64,000 bases of DNA from a bacterium (GTDB lineage: Bacteria > Patescibacteriota > Minisyncoccia > Minisyncoccales > JANBVM01), in assembly GCA_030588745.1 (NCBI GenBank), contig JAUUXB010000002.1, forward strand, positions 4,683 to 68,682, read 5' to 3'. The notes beneath the pieces were generated by a model, which worked only from the letters and a program-made list of their open reading frames with translations, had not been told where the DNA came from and did not search any database. Both the position numbers and the translations under genes were made by a program. This document shows, piece after piece, positions 37,616 through 47,765 of the stretch. Within the stretch, counting starts at the first letter, position 1; each line of letters begins with the position of its first letter.

Positions 37616-39424
37616 TTACTCAACAGTTACACTTTTCGCCAAATTCCTTGGTTTATCAACGTCACGGTCAAGTGCTATAGCTATATAATACGCGAAAAGA
37701 TGAAGTGGGATAACTGACAACATAGGAGTTAACATTTCCAAAGTTTTTGGTATATAAATTACATCATCAACTATCTCTTTTATCCTTTCGTTACCCTCAG
37801 TAGCAATTGCAAGAACTGGTCCTTTCCTTACTTTTACTTCTTCAACACCTAAAATCATTTTATCGTATACAGAATCAGAAGGACAGACTGCTATTGTTGG
37901 GAAGTTCTCGTCAACTAAAGCCAAGGGTCCATGTTTTAATTCACCGCTAGCTCCTCCTTCAGCATGAAGATAAGAAATCTCTTTTAGCTTTAGAGCTCCT
38001 TCCAAAGCAATAGGGAAATTATATTTTCTTCCAATAAACCAGAAGTTTTTGAAATCTTTATATTTTTCGGCTATAGCTTTGATTTGTTCTTTATTTTCTA
38101 AAATTTGTTTGGCAAGTTCAGGCACTCTAGCAAGCTCTGAAACAATTCTTTTACCCATTACTAAAGACATATTGCGCTGCCTTCCCAGATAAACTGAAAG
38201 CATTGCTAAGGTTGCAATTTGACCTAAAAACACTTTTGTAGAAGCAACAGCAATTTCAGGACCTGAACGGGTATAAATTCCTGCATCTGTTTCTCTTGCC
38301 TGGGTTGAACCAACAACGTTTGTTATTCCCAAAGTTAAAATATCTTTCTTTTTCAACTCGCCTATCCCTGCCAAAGTATCAGCAGTTTCACCTGACTGGG
38401 AAACAAACACAGCAGCAGTGTTTTTATCAATAATTGGTTTTCTGTATCTAAATTCAGAACCAATCTCTGCTTCAGACAAAATACCAGCGTACTCCTCAAG
38501 CATGTATTTGCCAATTTTTGAAGCATAACCAGCAGTACCACAGGCAACTAAAACAATTCTGTTAATTTTATTTAATCTATTCCTAACGCTATCCAATCCA
38601 CCAAGTCTTACTGTTCCTTCATCAGGAATCAACCTACCCCGGATTGCATTTTCAATTGTTTCTGGCCCTTCCATTATTTCTTTAAGCATGAAATGCTCAT
38701 ATCCTTTTTTCTGGGCATCTTCTGGAGTCCAATCAATAGAAACCATTGGTTTTTCTTTAAGAATAAAAAAGTCCTCTGGCTTTAGAACAGCAACTTCATT
38801 ATCATCTAAAGTAATAACTTGTCTGGTATGGGTTATTATTGCTGATGGATCAGATGCAACTAAAAGCTCATTCTGACCAACACCTAAAATCATTGGTGAA
38901 GATAAACGCGCAGCTACAATTTTCTGAGGCTCTTTTTTAGACATCAAGGCAATACCATATGTTCCTCTTATATCTTTTAAGATTTTTCTAAGTGCTTCTT
39001 CCAAGCTACCATTATAGTTCTCTTCAACCAAGTGGCACAATACTTCTGTATCAGTTTCGCTTGTAAATTTGTGGCCTTTTGAGATTAATTTTTCTTTAAG
39101 CTCTTTATAGTTTTCAATAATACCGTTATGAACTAAGAAAATGTTTTTATCACAGTCAAAATGAGGATGGGCATTTTCATTTGTCACAGCCCCAGTGGTG
39201 CTCCATCTTGTATGTCCAATACCAGTAGTTCCTTCAACGGTTAAATTTGAAAGCTCTTCTGATCTGGAAATTTTACCTATTTTTTTATGAATAAACGGTT
39301 CTTTGTCTTTATTAAAAACGCAAAAACCGTAGCTGTCATAGCCGCGGTATTCCATTCTTCTTAGACCAGATATCAGAATTGGCAGGGCTTGTTTTTTACC
39401 TAAATAACCTATAATGCCGCACAT
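37616..39424 (-). CDS. glmS: glutamine--fructose-6-phosphate transaminase
   Basis: MCGIIG, GHTRWST, SQSGETAD, PRNLAKSVTVE. Confidence 0.97.
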   Translation of the reverse strand: MCGIIGYLGKKQALPILISGLRRMEYRGYDSYGFCVFNKDKEPFIHKKIGKISRSEELSNLTVEGTTGIGHTRWSTTGAVTNENAHPHFDCDKNIFLVHNGIIENYKELKEKLISKGHKFTSETDTEVLCHLVEENYNGSLEEALRKILKDIRGTYGIALMSKKEPQKIVAARLSSPMILGVGQNELLVASDPSAIITHTRQVITLDDNEVAVLKPEDFFILKEKPMVSIDWTPEDAQKKGYEHFMLKEIMEGPETIENAIRGRLIPDEGTVRLGGLDSVRNRLNKINRIVLVACGTAGYASKIGKYMLEEYAGILSEAEIGSEFRYRKPIIDKNTAAVFVSQSGETADTLAGIGELKKKDILTLGITNVVGSTQARETDAGIYTRSGPEIAVASTKVFLGQIATLAMLSVYLGRQRNMSLVMGKRIVSELARVPELAKQILENKEQIKAIAEKYKDFKNFWFIGRKYNFPIALEGALKLKEISYLHAEGGASGELKHGPLALVDENFPTIAVCPSDSVYDKMILGVEEVKVRKGPVLAIATEGNERIKEIVDDVIYIPKTLEMLTPMLSVIPLHLFAYYIAIALDRDVDKPRNLAKSVTVE

Positions 39425-39427
39425 TGT

Positions 39428-41824
39428 TTAAATTACAATGTTTATTAATTTGCCTGGAACGAAAATTATCTTTTTAATACCTTTACCTAATATTCTTTTT
39501 TTAACTTTTTCACGATTTAGTGTCAAATCGCGTGCTTCATCTTCAGAGACATTAGCTTCTACCTTAATTTTATCCCGAACCCTACCATTAATCTGAATTA
39601 TTAAAGTAATTGTTTTTTCTTTTGCCAATTTCTCATCATATTTTGGCCAGGACTGGTTATGAATTGAATCTTTGTTGCCAATTTCTTTCCAAAGCTCTTC
39701 AGTAATATGAGGTGCAAATGGAGCCAGTAGTAATAGCATTCTTTCCACTACATCTTTCCCAATATCATCCTTATTCTTAAAGCCAAAATTAATAAATTCC
39801 ATAAAAGCAGCTATAGCTGTATTAAATTTCATTTTCTCCATGTCAGTTTCTACTTTCCTGTTAAGTTTGTGAATTTCTTTAACAGCCTCTCTGTTACTTT
39901 TTTCATTTTTAAAGCACTGCAAAACCAATTTCCAAACTTTATTTAAAAACCTATTAACGCCTTTTACCCCTTTACTATTCCAGGAAATTGCCTGCTCAAA
40001 AGGACCTATAAACATTTCATAAACTCTTAAAGTATCAGCGCCGTACTCTTTAACAATATCATCTGGATTAATAACATTACCAAAAGATTTAGACATTTTT
40101 CTGCCATCTTCAGCTAAGACAATGCCATGAGAAGTTCTTTTTTGATATGGTTCTGGTTGGGGAACAACTTTAATATCATAAAGAAATTTATAAATAAATC
40201 TGGAGTATAAAAGATGCAAAGTAGTGTGCTCCATTCCACCATTGTACCAATCAACTGGCATCCAATAATCTATTTTCTTTTTATCGGCAATTTCCTTGTC
40301 ATTATTTGGATCAACATATCTTAAATAATACCAATTTGAACCTGCCCAGTTAGGCATAGTATCAGTTTCTCTTTTTGCGCTGCCTTTACATTTTGGACAT
40401 TTAACATTAACCCAATCATTAATAACAGCTAAAGGAGATTCTCCTGTTTCAGTTGGTTCGTATTTCTCAACATAAGGAAGCTCAACTGGTAAATCTTTTT
40501 CTGACACTGGAACTGCTCCACACTTTTGACAATGAATGATTGGAATTGGCTCTCCCCAATAATGCTGACGTGAAAATACCCAATCCCTTAATTTATAATG
40601 AACTTGTTTTCTGCCAAGTTTTCTTTTTTCAAACCATTCAGTAATTTTCTTAATTGCCTCTTTTGATTTTAAATTATTAAACTCTCCTGAATTGACTAAA
40701 GTTCCATATTCAACAAAAGCTTGTTTTGAAACATCTCCTCCTTTTATTACTTCTCTTATCTCTAAATTATACTTCTTGGCAAACTCATAATCACGTTTGT
40801 CATGAGCAGGAACAACCATTACAGCTCCACCACCATAAGTTGCAACCACATAATCACCAATCCAAACAGGAATCTTTTCATTATTAATTGGATTAATACA
40901 ATATGAACCAGTAAAAACTCCTGTTTTTTCTTTTTCTAATTTTGTTCTTTCAAATTCTGTTTTATTCTTTGATTGTTTGATGTATTTCTCAACTTCTTTT
41001 AATTGTTCTTTTTTAACTATTTTTTCAACCAGCTTATGTTCAGGAGCTAAAACAATTGCAGTGCTTCCGAAAATAGTATCAGCCCTAGTAGTAAAAACAG
41101 ATATGATTTCACTGGAATCTTCTATCTTAAAATCAATTTCAACTCCATAACTTCTGCCAATCCAGTCAATTTGTTGAACTTTAATTTTTTCTAAAAAATT
41201 AACTTTTTCTAAATCTTCAATCAACCTATCAGCATATTTTGTAATCTTAAGCATCCATTGTTTTAATTCTTTTTTTGTAACCTGGGCTTTACACCTTTCA
41301 CATTTTCCATCAATAACTTCTTCATTTGCCAAGCCAATTTTGCATGACGGACACCAGTTAATTGGAATTTTTGCCTGATAAGCTAAATTATTTTCAAAAA
41401 GTTTTAAAAATATCCACTGAGTCCATTTATAATACTTAGGGTCAGTTGTATTTACTTCTCTTGACCAGTCAAAAGAAAGACCTAAGCTTTTAAGCTGTCT
41501 TTTAAAATTAGAAATGTTTTGTTCAGTAGCTTTTTCGGGATGAATTCCTGTTTTAATAGCATAGTTTTCTGTTGGCAAACCAAAAGCGTCCCAGCCAATT
41601 GGAAACATTACATTATAACCATGCATTCTATATTTTCGTGAAATTGCATCTAGGGCTGAATAAGACCTGCAATGACCAACATGAAGACCAACTCCAGATG
41701 GATAGGGAAATTCAATAAGAATGTACTTTTTAGGTTTTTTTGAAAAATCTTCAGCTCTATAAAAAACCTTCTTTTCCCAAAACTTCTGCCATTTTGGCTC
41801 TATTTTTTGAGGTTCGTATTCCAT
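39428..41824 (-). CDS. leuS: leucine--tRNA ligase
   Basis: FPYPSGVGLHVGH, GWDAFGLP, KMSKS. Confidence 0.96.
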   Translation of the reverse strand: MEYEPQKIEPKWQKFWEKKVFYRAEDFSKKPKKYILIEFPYPSGVGLHVGHCRSYSALDAISRKYRMHGYNVMFPIGWDAFGLPTENYAIKTGIHPEKATEQNISNFKRQLKSLGLSFDWSREVNTTDPKYYKWTQWIFLKLFENNLAYQAKIPINWCPSCKIGLANEEVIDGKCERCKAQVTKKELKQWMLKITKYADRLIEDLEKVNFLEKIKVQQIDWIGRSYGVEIDFKIEDSSEIISVFTTRADTIFGSTAIVLAPEHKLVEKIVKKEQLKEVEKYIKQSKNKTEFERTKLEKEKTGVFTGSYCINPINNEKIPVWIGDYVVATYGGGAVMVVPAHDKRDYEFAKKYNLEIREVIKGGDVSKQAFVEYGTLVNSGEFNNLKSKEAIKKITEWFEKRKLGRKQVHYKLRDWVFSRQHYWGEPIPIIHCQKCGAVPVSEKDLPVELPYVEKYEPTETGESPLAVINDWVNVKCPKCKGSAKRETDTMPNWAGSNWYYLRYVDPNNDKEIADKKKIDYWMPVDWYNGGMEHTTLHLLYSRFIYKFLYDIKVVPQPEPYQKRTSHGIVLAEDGRKMSKSFGNVINPDDIVKEYGADTLRVYEMFIGPFEQAISWNSKGVKGVNRFLNKVWKLVLQCFKNEKSNREAVKEIHKLNRKVETDMEKMKFNTAIAAFMEFINFGFKNKDDIGKDVVERMLLLLAPFAPHITEELWKEIGNKDSIHNQSWPKYDEKLAKEKTITLIIQINGRVRDKIKVEANVSEDEARDLTLNREKVKKRILGKGIKKIIFVPGKLINIVI

Positions 41825-41882
41825 ATTTTATTTTTCATCTTATCCTCTAATTTTTAATTTGTAAACTTGTTATAATGGAATT

Positions 41883-42980
41883 ATGAAAACTGCTTTAATT
41901 TACAGCCCGGAATTAAAAAACTATAGTTTTGGCAAAGGACACCCCTTTACAAGTGAAAGGTTTGAGAATTTTATTAATTTTGCAAAACAAAAACTTCCTA
42001 ACTTTAATGAAGTTTTTGAAGAAATTATTCCTGAATCTGCTACAGAAAAGGATTTAAAATTAGTTCATAGTCAAGAATATATTGAAGCAATATCCAAAGC
42101 TTCAAAAGGTATTATCTTGCCTAATATTTTCCAATACACGACAACAGATAATCTTGATCCTTCAACTGGTTATATCCCAAAAGGAATACATGAAGCTGGC
42201 AAAATAGCAGTAGGTACTTCTTTAAAAGCTAGTGAATTAGTCTTTAAAGGAAAGTTTAAGAAAGCTATATCTTTGGGTGGCGGACTCCACCATGCAAAAA
42301 GAGAAAAAGGGGAGGGTTTTTGTATATATAATGATGTAGCTATTTGTGCTAAAGAATTACTTAAAAAAGGATTAAAAAGAATCTTAGTTTTAGATACAGA
42401 TGCTCACGCAGGCAATGGAACTTCTGAAACTTTCTATAATGAAAATAAAGTTTTATTTATTGATATTCATCAAGATCCAGCAAGTTTGTATCCTGGAACA
42501 GGATTTTTGAATGAAATAGGCGAAGGCAAGGGAAAAGGTTTTACAATTAATATTCCTCTTTCGCTAGGAGCTAGTGATAAATCCTATGAATATGTATTTG
42601 AAGAAATTATTTTTCCGATAGCTAAAGAATTCAAACCAGAAATTATTATAAGAAATGGGGGTTCTGACCCTTATTTTGGAGACGGTTTAACTAATCTTGG
42701 GTTAACTTTAGATGGGTTTAGAATAATTGGAGAAAAAGTACGGATTTTAGCTAAAGAGGTTTGTGATGGTAAAGAAATTGACCTTATAGCTTCAGGGTAC
42801 AACCAAAAGGTTTTACCTATAACATGGCTTTCTTTAATTTCAGGCCTTTTGGATTTAAAAATAAAATTAAAAGAACCTCAAAAGTTAATCTTTCCAAAAG
42901 ATTTCAAGTTAAAAGAAACAAAAGAGATAGTAAAGGAATTAAAATCTCTTCTTAAAAACTATTGGAGGTGTTTTAATTAA
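41883..42980 (+). CDS. histone deacetylase family protein (AcuC-like)
   Basis: GGGLHHA, GFCIYND, DTDAHAGNGT, YPGTG. Confidence 0.92.
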   Translation: MKTALIYSPELKNYSFGKGHPFTSERFENFINFAKQKLPNFNEVFEEIIPESATEKDLKLVHSQEYIEAISKASKGIILPNIFQYTTTDNLDPSTGYIPKGIHEAGKIAVGTSLKASELVFKGKFKKAISLGGGLHHAKREKGEGFCIYNDVAICAKELLKKGLKRILVLDTDAHAGNGTSETFYNENKVLFIDIHQDPASLYPGTGFLNEIGEGKGKGFTINIPLSLGASDKSYEYVFEEIIFPIAKEFKPEIIIRNGGSDPYFGDGLTNLGLTLDGFRIIGEKVRILAKEVCDGKEIDLIASGYNQKVLPITWLSLISGLLDLKIKLKEPQKLIFPKDFKLKETKEIVKELKSLLKNYWRCFN

Positions 42981-43817
42981 CTAAATATTAAAAAGCTCTC
43001 TGGCGTTTTGAGTTGTAATTTCAGCTAATTTTTCGAAGCTGATTTTTTTTACTTTGGCAATATGCTCTGCAATATATTTTACAAAAATAGGTTCATTACG
43101 CTTAGCTTCAACACCTTTTGGAACTAAATAAGGACAATCTGTTTCAATTAAAATCTTGTCTAAAGGGGTTATCTCAATAACTTTTTTAAAATCAATACCT
43201 TCAATGTTTTTAAAAATTATTCCATTAAAACCAATGTAATATCCTAAATCCAAATCTTTTTTAATATCATCAACAGTGCCAACAAAACTGTGAGCAACTG
43301 CTTTTTTAGGTCTTAAATCAGGATTCTCGGATAAAATTTTAAATAAATCATTGTTGGCCATACGGCAGTGAAAAATCACTGGTAAATTCAATTCTTTTGC
43401 CAATTTTAATTGTTGTAACAATAATTCTCTCTGTTTATCTTTAAATAATTCTTTTTTCTTTTTAGTTTTTGGCTTCCAATAATAATCCAGTCCAATTTCA
43501 CCAATGGCTACTACTTTTTTAGAACTTGCCAAGCTTTTGTATCTCTCATAATCAAATTCTTTTTCATAATTCTCTCCTTCCAGTTTGTCAGGTTTTAGTT
43601 TTATTAATCCTGTATCTAAGTTTATAGGATGAAGACCAATTGAAGCTGATATTCCTTTTTCAGAACTTTCTGCAATTTCTACTGCTTTTTTTGAGGTCTT
43701 AAAATTACTCCCAACATTTATCATCCAGACATTATTCTCTAAACATTTTTTGATTACCTTTTCTCTGTCTTTTTCAAAAGCCCTAAAATTTAAGTGAGCA
43801 TGGGTATCAATTAGCAT
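42981..43817 (-). CDS. tatD: TatD-family DNase
   Basis: DTHAH, GEIGLDY, HCR, ETDCPY. Confidence 0.93.
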   Translation of the reverse strand: MLIDTHAHLNFRAFEKDREKVIKKCLENNVWMINVGSNFKTSKKAVEIAESSEKGISASIGLHPINLDTGLIKLKPDKLEGENYEKEFDYERYKSLASSKKVVAIGEIGLDYYWKPKTKKKKELFKDKQRELLLQQLKLAKELNLPVIFHCRMANNDLFKILSENPDLRPKKAVAHSFVGTVDDIKKDLDLGYYIGFNGIIFKNIEGIDFKKVIEITPLDKILIETDCPYLVPKGVEAKRNEPIFVKYIAEHIAKVKKISFEKLAEITTQNARELFNI

Positions 43818-43905
43818 ATAATAGTTATTTTATCTAAATACAGAATCTTTTCAATTTAAAAAAAAAGAAGTCATTTAATGACTAATAGAACGGATCTATA
43901 TTTTT

Positions 43906-44298
43906 TTAAAAATTATTATTCTCTTCTTTGAAATCTACTCTGGGGACTTCCAAAAAGTCTAAGTTATAAGTTAAACAAAAGCCTGTTATTAGCTTAAGAT
44001 CAGCTGTGGTGGGATTGCGTAAAATAAATTCATTCAATTTAGTCCTAGGTATTGCTTGGAAGAAAACAATAGGATTTTCTCTACCCCACAAAACCCAGTG
44101 TCTCCAGTATTTCATGTTCTCAAGTTCCTCTTTTGCATCCTCGTCCTCGGCTGCTTTTTTTTCTAACTCCTTAGCCTTTTTTTTCTTTTTTATATAATCA
44201 GTAAAGTACATTTTCTTAAAAATTTCTAATAATTTTGAAGCTTCCCCGCTAGAGTATTCAAAGATTTCTAATCTTTCTTTCTTTTTGTCCAATTTCAA
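43906..44298 (-). CDS. orphan hypothetical protein (130 aa)
   Basis: GGAGGT SD with TTG start; TTGACT upstream; terminator-like hairpin downstream. Confidence 0.65.
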   Translation of the reverse strand: MKLDKKKERLEIFEYSSGEASKLLEIFKKMYFTDYIKKKKKAKELEKKAAEDEDAKEELENMKYWRHWVLWGRENPIVFFQAIPRTKLNEFILRNPTTADLKLITGFCLTYNLDFLEVPRVDFKEENNNF

Positions 44299-44442
44299 TT
44301 ACCTCCTCTTTGATTTTTAATTATATTATTATGAAATTGCTAAACTCACCCTATCACACAATATCCCTGAAAGTCAAGAGTTTTAGAGAAAATAAAAAAA
44401 GAGGGTGTTTACCACCCCTTTAATAATTTTGAATGTTCTCCT

Positions 44443-44754
44443 TCATATCTTCAACTTCAAATTCCTTTTCAGTGTTTCTAAATTTTTTTTCTCTTTCTCG
44501 ATAAGTAAATTTAAATAGTAAGCCTCCGAAAAGCATTTACCATTATTTTTCCTTACTGTCGTAACAATTAGATATTTTTCTTCAGACGAGAGACTATAAG
44601 TATCTTCTCCTTGATTAGCTGAATTATTCTTTGTGTTAACTGGCTTTATTTTCTTCCATTTCCCTTCCTGACATGAAAGTACAATAGTCTGCGCATTGTG
44701 TCCTCCTACTCTCCCTCTTCCAAAACTAACTTTTATTATTGGAATCCTATTCAT
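44443..44754 (-). CDS. orphan hypothetical protein (103 aa)
   Basis: AGGAGG SD; long structured leader upstream. Confidence 0.65.
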   Translation of the reverse strand: MNRIPIIKVSFGRGRVGGHNAQTIVLSCQEGKWKKIKPVNTKNNSANQGEDTYSLSSEEKYLIVTTVRKNNGKCFSEAYYLNLLIEKEKKNLETLKRNLKLKI

Positions 44755-44890
44755 TTTTTATTTTAACCTCCTGCCTTATAGCGGTGAATTAGCCACCAAA
44801 CATTTATGGTAAGCTTAAATCCTTGATGGACAAATCGTCGCCATAAGACTTTCAAACCAATCTCCTAATTTTGAAAGAACTACAATATAA

Positions 44891-44925
44891 ATTAAAACCT
44901 CCCAGTTTGGCTGGGAGGTTTTAAT
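44891..44925 (-). terminator. attenuator terminator hairpin
   Basis: Perfect 15-bp stem ATTAAAACCTCCCAG / CTGGGAGGTTTTAAT with 5-nt loop. Confidence 0.8.
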
Positions 44926-44945
44926 AGCTTTTTATTTATTTTGAA

Positions 44946-45068
44946 TTATAATTTCTCTTTTACTAAAACTCCCAACCAATGAGTTCTCAGGACAATGATA
45001 ACATTCCAAACACTGTTGGTTAGAAAATCAATATTAATCTTACTTTTTGTTTTTGATAAATTTAACAT
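44946..45068 (-). CDS. putative 40-aa leader peptide
   Basis: MLNLSKTKSKINIDFLTNSVWNVIIVLRTHWLGVLVKEKL*, between a TTGACA/TATCTT promoter and the terminator; its 3' end is complementary to the terminator 5' arm. Confidence 0.55.
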   Translation of the reverse strand: MLNLSKTKSKINIDFLTNSVWNVIIVLRTHWLGVLVKEKL

Positions 45069-45166
45069 TTCTCAAAATTAATCATTTTAGTCCTGTTTTT
45101 AAGATAACAAAGGAGATAAATGATGTCAAGAACTTATCTATAAATTAGCGAAATAAAAATAAAAAA

Positions 45167-46654
45167 TTATCTAAGATTTAATCTAGGGAACAAAGGTTTT
45201 CCTTTTTTTATAGTAAAGACGCATTTTTTCTCATCAGATTCTAATCCAATTTGGCATAATATCTTTTCAGAAGTTTCAGGCATAAAAGGTTCTAATATTT
45301 TAGTAATTTCAGAAATAGTATAAAGCAAACATAAAATGCAGATTCTCTGTTCTTTGTTTTCTTCCCAGAGCTTATTCTTTTCAATATATTGATCGCAAAA
45401 ACTAATTAATTCCCAAATTGAGATTAGAGCTTCATTAAATTTATATTCTTTTAAAGCTTTTCTATATTTTTCCTGAGCTTTATCAATTTTCTTCTGGAAA
45501 TCTGTATTTTTAACTTCCTCAATTTTCAAAATTTCAGTTTTTATTTCTAATTTCTCTGCCAAACTTAAAACCCTTGACACTAAATTACCAAGCCCTTTTG
45601 CTAAATCAGAATTATACCTTTCTTCAAATCTTTCATAAGTAAAGTCACCGTCTTTAAATGGAGAGATTTCGCGCAGGAGAAAATATCTAACTGCTTCTGT
45701 GCCATATTTTTCAACTAACTGATAAGGATCAATAATATTCCCTAGGGATTTTGAAATCTTTTCACCATCAATAGTTATATATTCATGAATAAAAATTTTA
45801 TCGGGCCAAGGTAAATCAGCTGATAAGAGTATTGCTGGCCAGTAAACTGTATGAAATCTCAAAATTCCTTTGCCAATAACGTGTAGTTTATTCTTGTGAT
45901 TAACCCACCAGTCATTAAATTTATTCTCATCGCTTCCGTAACCTAGGGCAGTAATATAGTTTGCCAGTGCGTCAAACCAAACCCAGATAATTTGACCAAG
46001 ATCACCAGGAACTGGAATTCCCCAACCATGAGCCCTTTCTTTTGAGCGGGAAATACAAATATCTTTTAATCCTGAATTAATGAAACTTAATGTTTCATTT
46101 TTTCTAGTTTCCGGAATAATTTTAATTTTATCTTTTTCAATAAGTTCTTTTAATCGATTTTGATATTTTGAAAGCTTAAAAAAATAATTTTCTTCTTCAA
46201 TTAGCTCTGGCTTCTTCTTATGCTCTGGACACAAACCATTAACAAGTTCATCTTCTGTATAAAATTCCTCACAACCAACACAATAAAGTCCTTTGTACTT
46301 TTTCTTATAAATATCTTTTTTGCAAGCCAGCCATAACTTTTCAGCTCCTTTTATATGGCGCTTCTCAGTTGTCCTAATAAAATCATCAAAGCTTAAATTA
46401 AGTGCTTTTTTAAGGCCCTTAAAGGTTTCTGCATTTTTATCAACAAATTCTTTTACTGGAACATTAGCTTTTTCTGCCGCTTGAGCATTTTTCAAGCTGT
46501 TTTCATCGGTCCCAGTTAAAAACAAAACCTCCTCACCCAATGCTCTATGATGCCGAGCTAAAACATCTGCCTGGATTTTCTCCAGAGCATGACCAATGTG
46601 AGGTTCTGCATTTACATAATCTATTGCTGTTGTAATAAAAAACTTGTTTTTCAT
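45167..46654 (-). CDS. metG: methionine--tRNA ligase
   Basis: YVNAEPHIGH, GTDENS, KISKS. Confidence 0.95.
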   Translation of the reverse strand: MKNKFFITTAIDYVNAEPHIGHALEKIQADVLARHHRALGEEVLFLTGTDENSLKNAQAAEKANVPVKEFVDKNAETFKGLKKALNLSFDDFIRTTEKRHIKGAEKLWLACKKDIYKKKYKGLYCVGCEEFYTEDELVNGLCPEHKKKPELIEEENYFFKLSKYQNRLKELIEKDKIKIIPETRKNETLSFINSGLKDICISRSKERAHGWGIPVPGDLGQIIWVWFDALANYITALGYGSDENKFNDWWVNHKNKLHVIGKGILRFHTVYWPAILLSADLPWPDKIFIHEYITIDGEKISKSLGNIIDPYQLVEKYGTEAVRYFLLREISPFKDGDFTYERFEERYNSDLAKGLGNLVSRVLSLAEKLEIKTEILKIEEVKNTDFQKKIDKAQEKYRKALKEYKFNEALISIWELISFCDQYIEKNKLWEENKEQRICILCLLYTISEITKILEPFMPETSEKILCQIGLESDEKKCVFTIKKGKPLFPRLNLR

Positions 46655-46731
46655 GTTAGTTCACTACTTTTTAATCCTTATATAAAAATCAGCCCATTTC
46701 AAGGCCTACTTCTTACTGATGAAGAATAATT

Positions 46732-47757
46732 TCAGCTAACCAAACCATCTTTTTTCCTTTCCTGCATAAAATCTCTTAAAAATTCGTAAATTATACTTGT
46801 TAAGGGAATTGATAAAATTGCTCCCAAAAATCCTGCTAATCTTCCACCAACAAGCACAGCTATTAAAACTAAAATGGCAGGTAGTCCAACCAATCTTCTA
46901 GTTAAAATTGGAGTTATAATATTTCCCTCTATCTGCTGAATTAAAACAAAGGCCAGTAAAACAAACAGGGCTTTAAACCAGGAATCCAAAGCTGCTAAAA
47001 TAGTAATTATTGTGCCAGCAAAAATAGGACCTAAAACAGGAATAATATCCATTATTCCTGCAAACAAGCTTAGCATTGATGCATAGTTCACATTAAGAAC
47101 ATTTAAAGTAATATATGAAACCAATCCAACAAATAAACTGCTTAAGATCCTTGTTCCAAACCAGGCAGCCGTTTTATTCTGACATCTTTGCAATAAATCC
47201 TGAAAATATTCTTCGCTTCTTTTTGGAGACAGAGCTTTAATTGCTTTTTTAACCTCTCTATCTTCCATTGAAAAGAATATGGCAATAGCAAAAATAGTAA
47301 CTGTTGAAAAGATTCCTCCAAAAATAGAAATTAAAACTCCAAAAATACTTGAAGATGCTTTTATTAACCAATCCTGCAATGCTAATGTAAAGGTTTCAAA
47401 ATTCTCAAAGGCTTCCAGTCCTAATCCTCTTAAAGGAGGGGATAGTTTCCCAAAATATTGAGGAAAGAGCTGGGCAAACTGCTGTATTTCAAACACAAAA
47501 ACAGGCACTGTCCAGTACAGAATAAAACTCAGCAGTGCAAACACACTAACATAAACAAAAAGCGTAGCTATAACCCGGGGGATTCTTCTTCTTTCTAAAA
47601 AGTCGATTACTGGATTAAACAATATGGAAATAACTAAAGCAAAAATAACTGAAACTAAAATATCCCTTATTGAATAAAGGGTGTAAAAAACCAAAATAGC
47701 AATGCTGATTTTTAGAATTGTCCCCCAGGATATATCTAAAACTCTCTCATCTTCCAT
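46732..47757 (-). CDS. AI-2E family transporter
   Basis: Multi-pass membrane protein; IPVLGP, QQIEGNIITP, GAILSIP. Confidence 0.9.
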   Translation of the reverse strand: MEDERVLDISWGTILKISIAILVFYTLYSIRDILVSVIFALVISILFNPVIDFLERRRIPRVIATLFVYVSVFALLSFILYWTVPVFVFEIQQFAQLFPQYFGKLSPPLRGLGLEAFENFETFTLALQDWLIKASSSIFGVLISIFGGIFSTVTIFAIAIFFSMEDREVKKAIKALSPKRSEEYFQDLLQRCQNKTAAWFGTRILSSLFVGLVSYITLNVLNVNYASMLSLFAGIMDIIPVLGPIFAGTIITILAALDSWFKALFVLLAFVLIQQIEGNIITPILTRRLVGLPAILVLIAVLVGGRLAGFLGAILSIPLTSIIYEFLRDFMQERKKDGLVS

Positions 47758-47765
47758 AATTTAAA

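Noticed and set aside
39424-39428. glmS ribozyme
   Set aside because: glmS starts 3 nt after the leuS stop, leaving no leader
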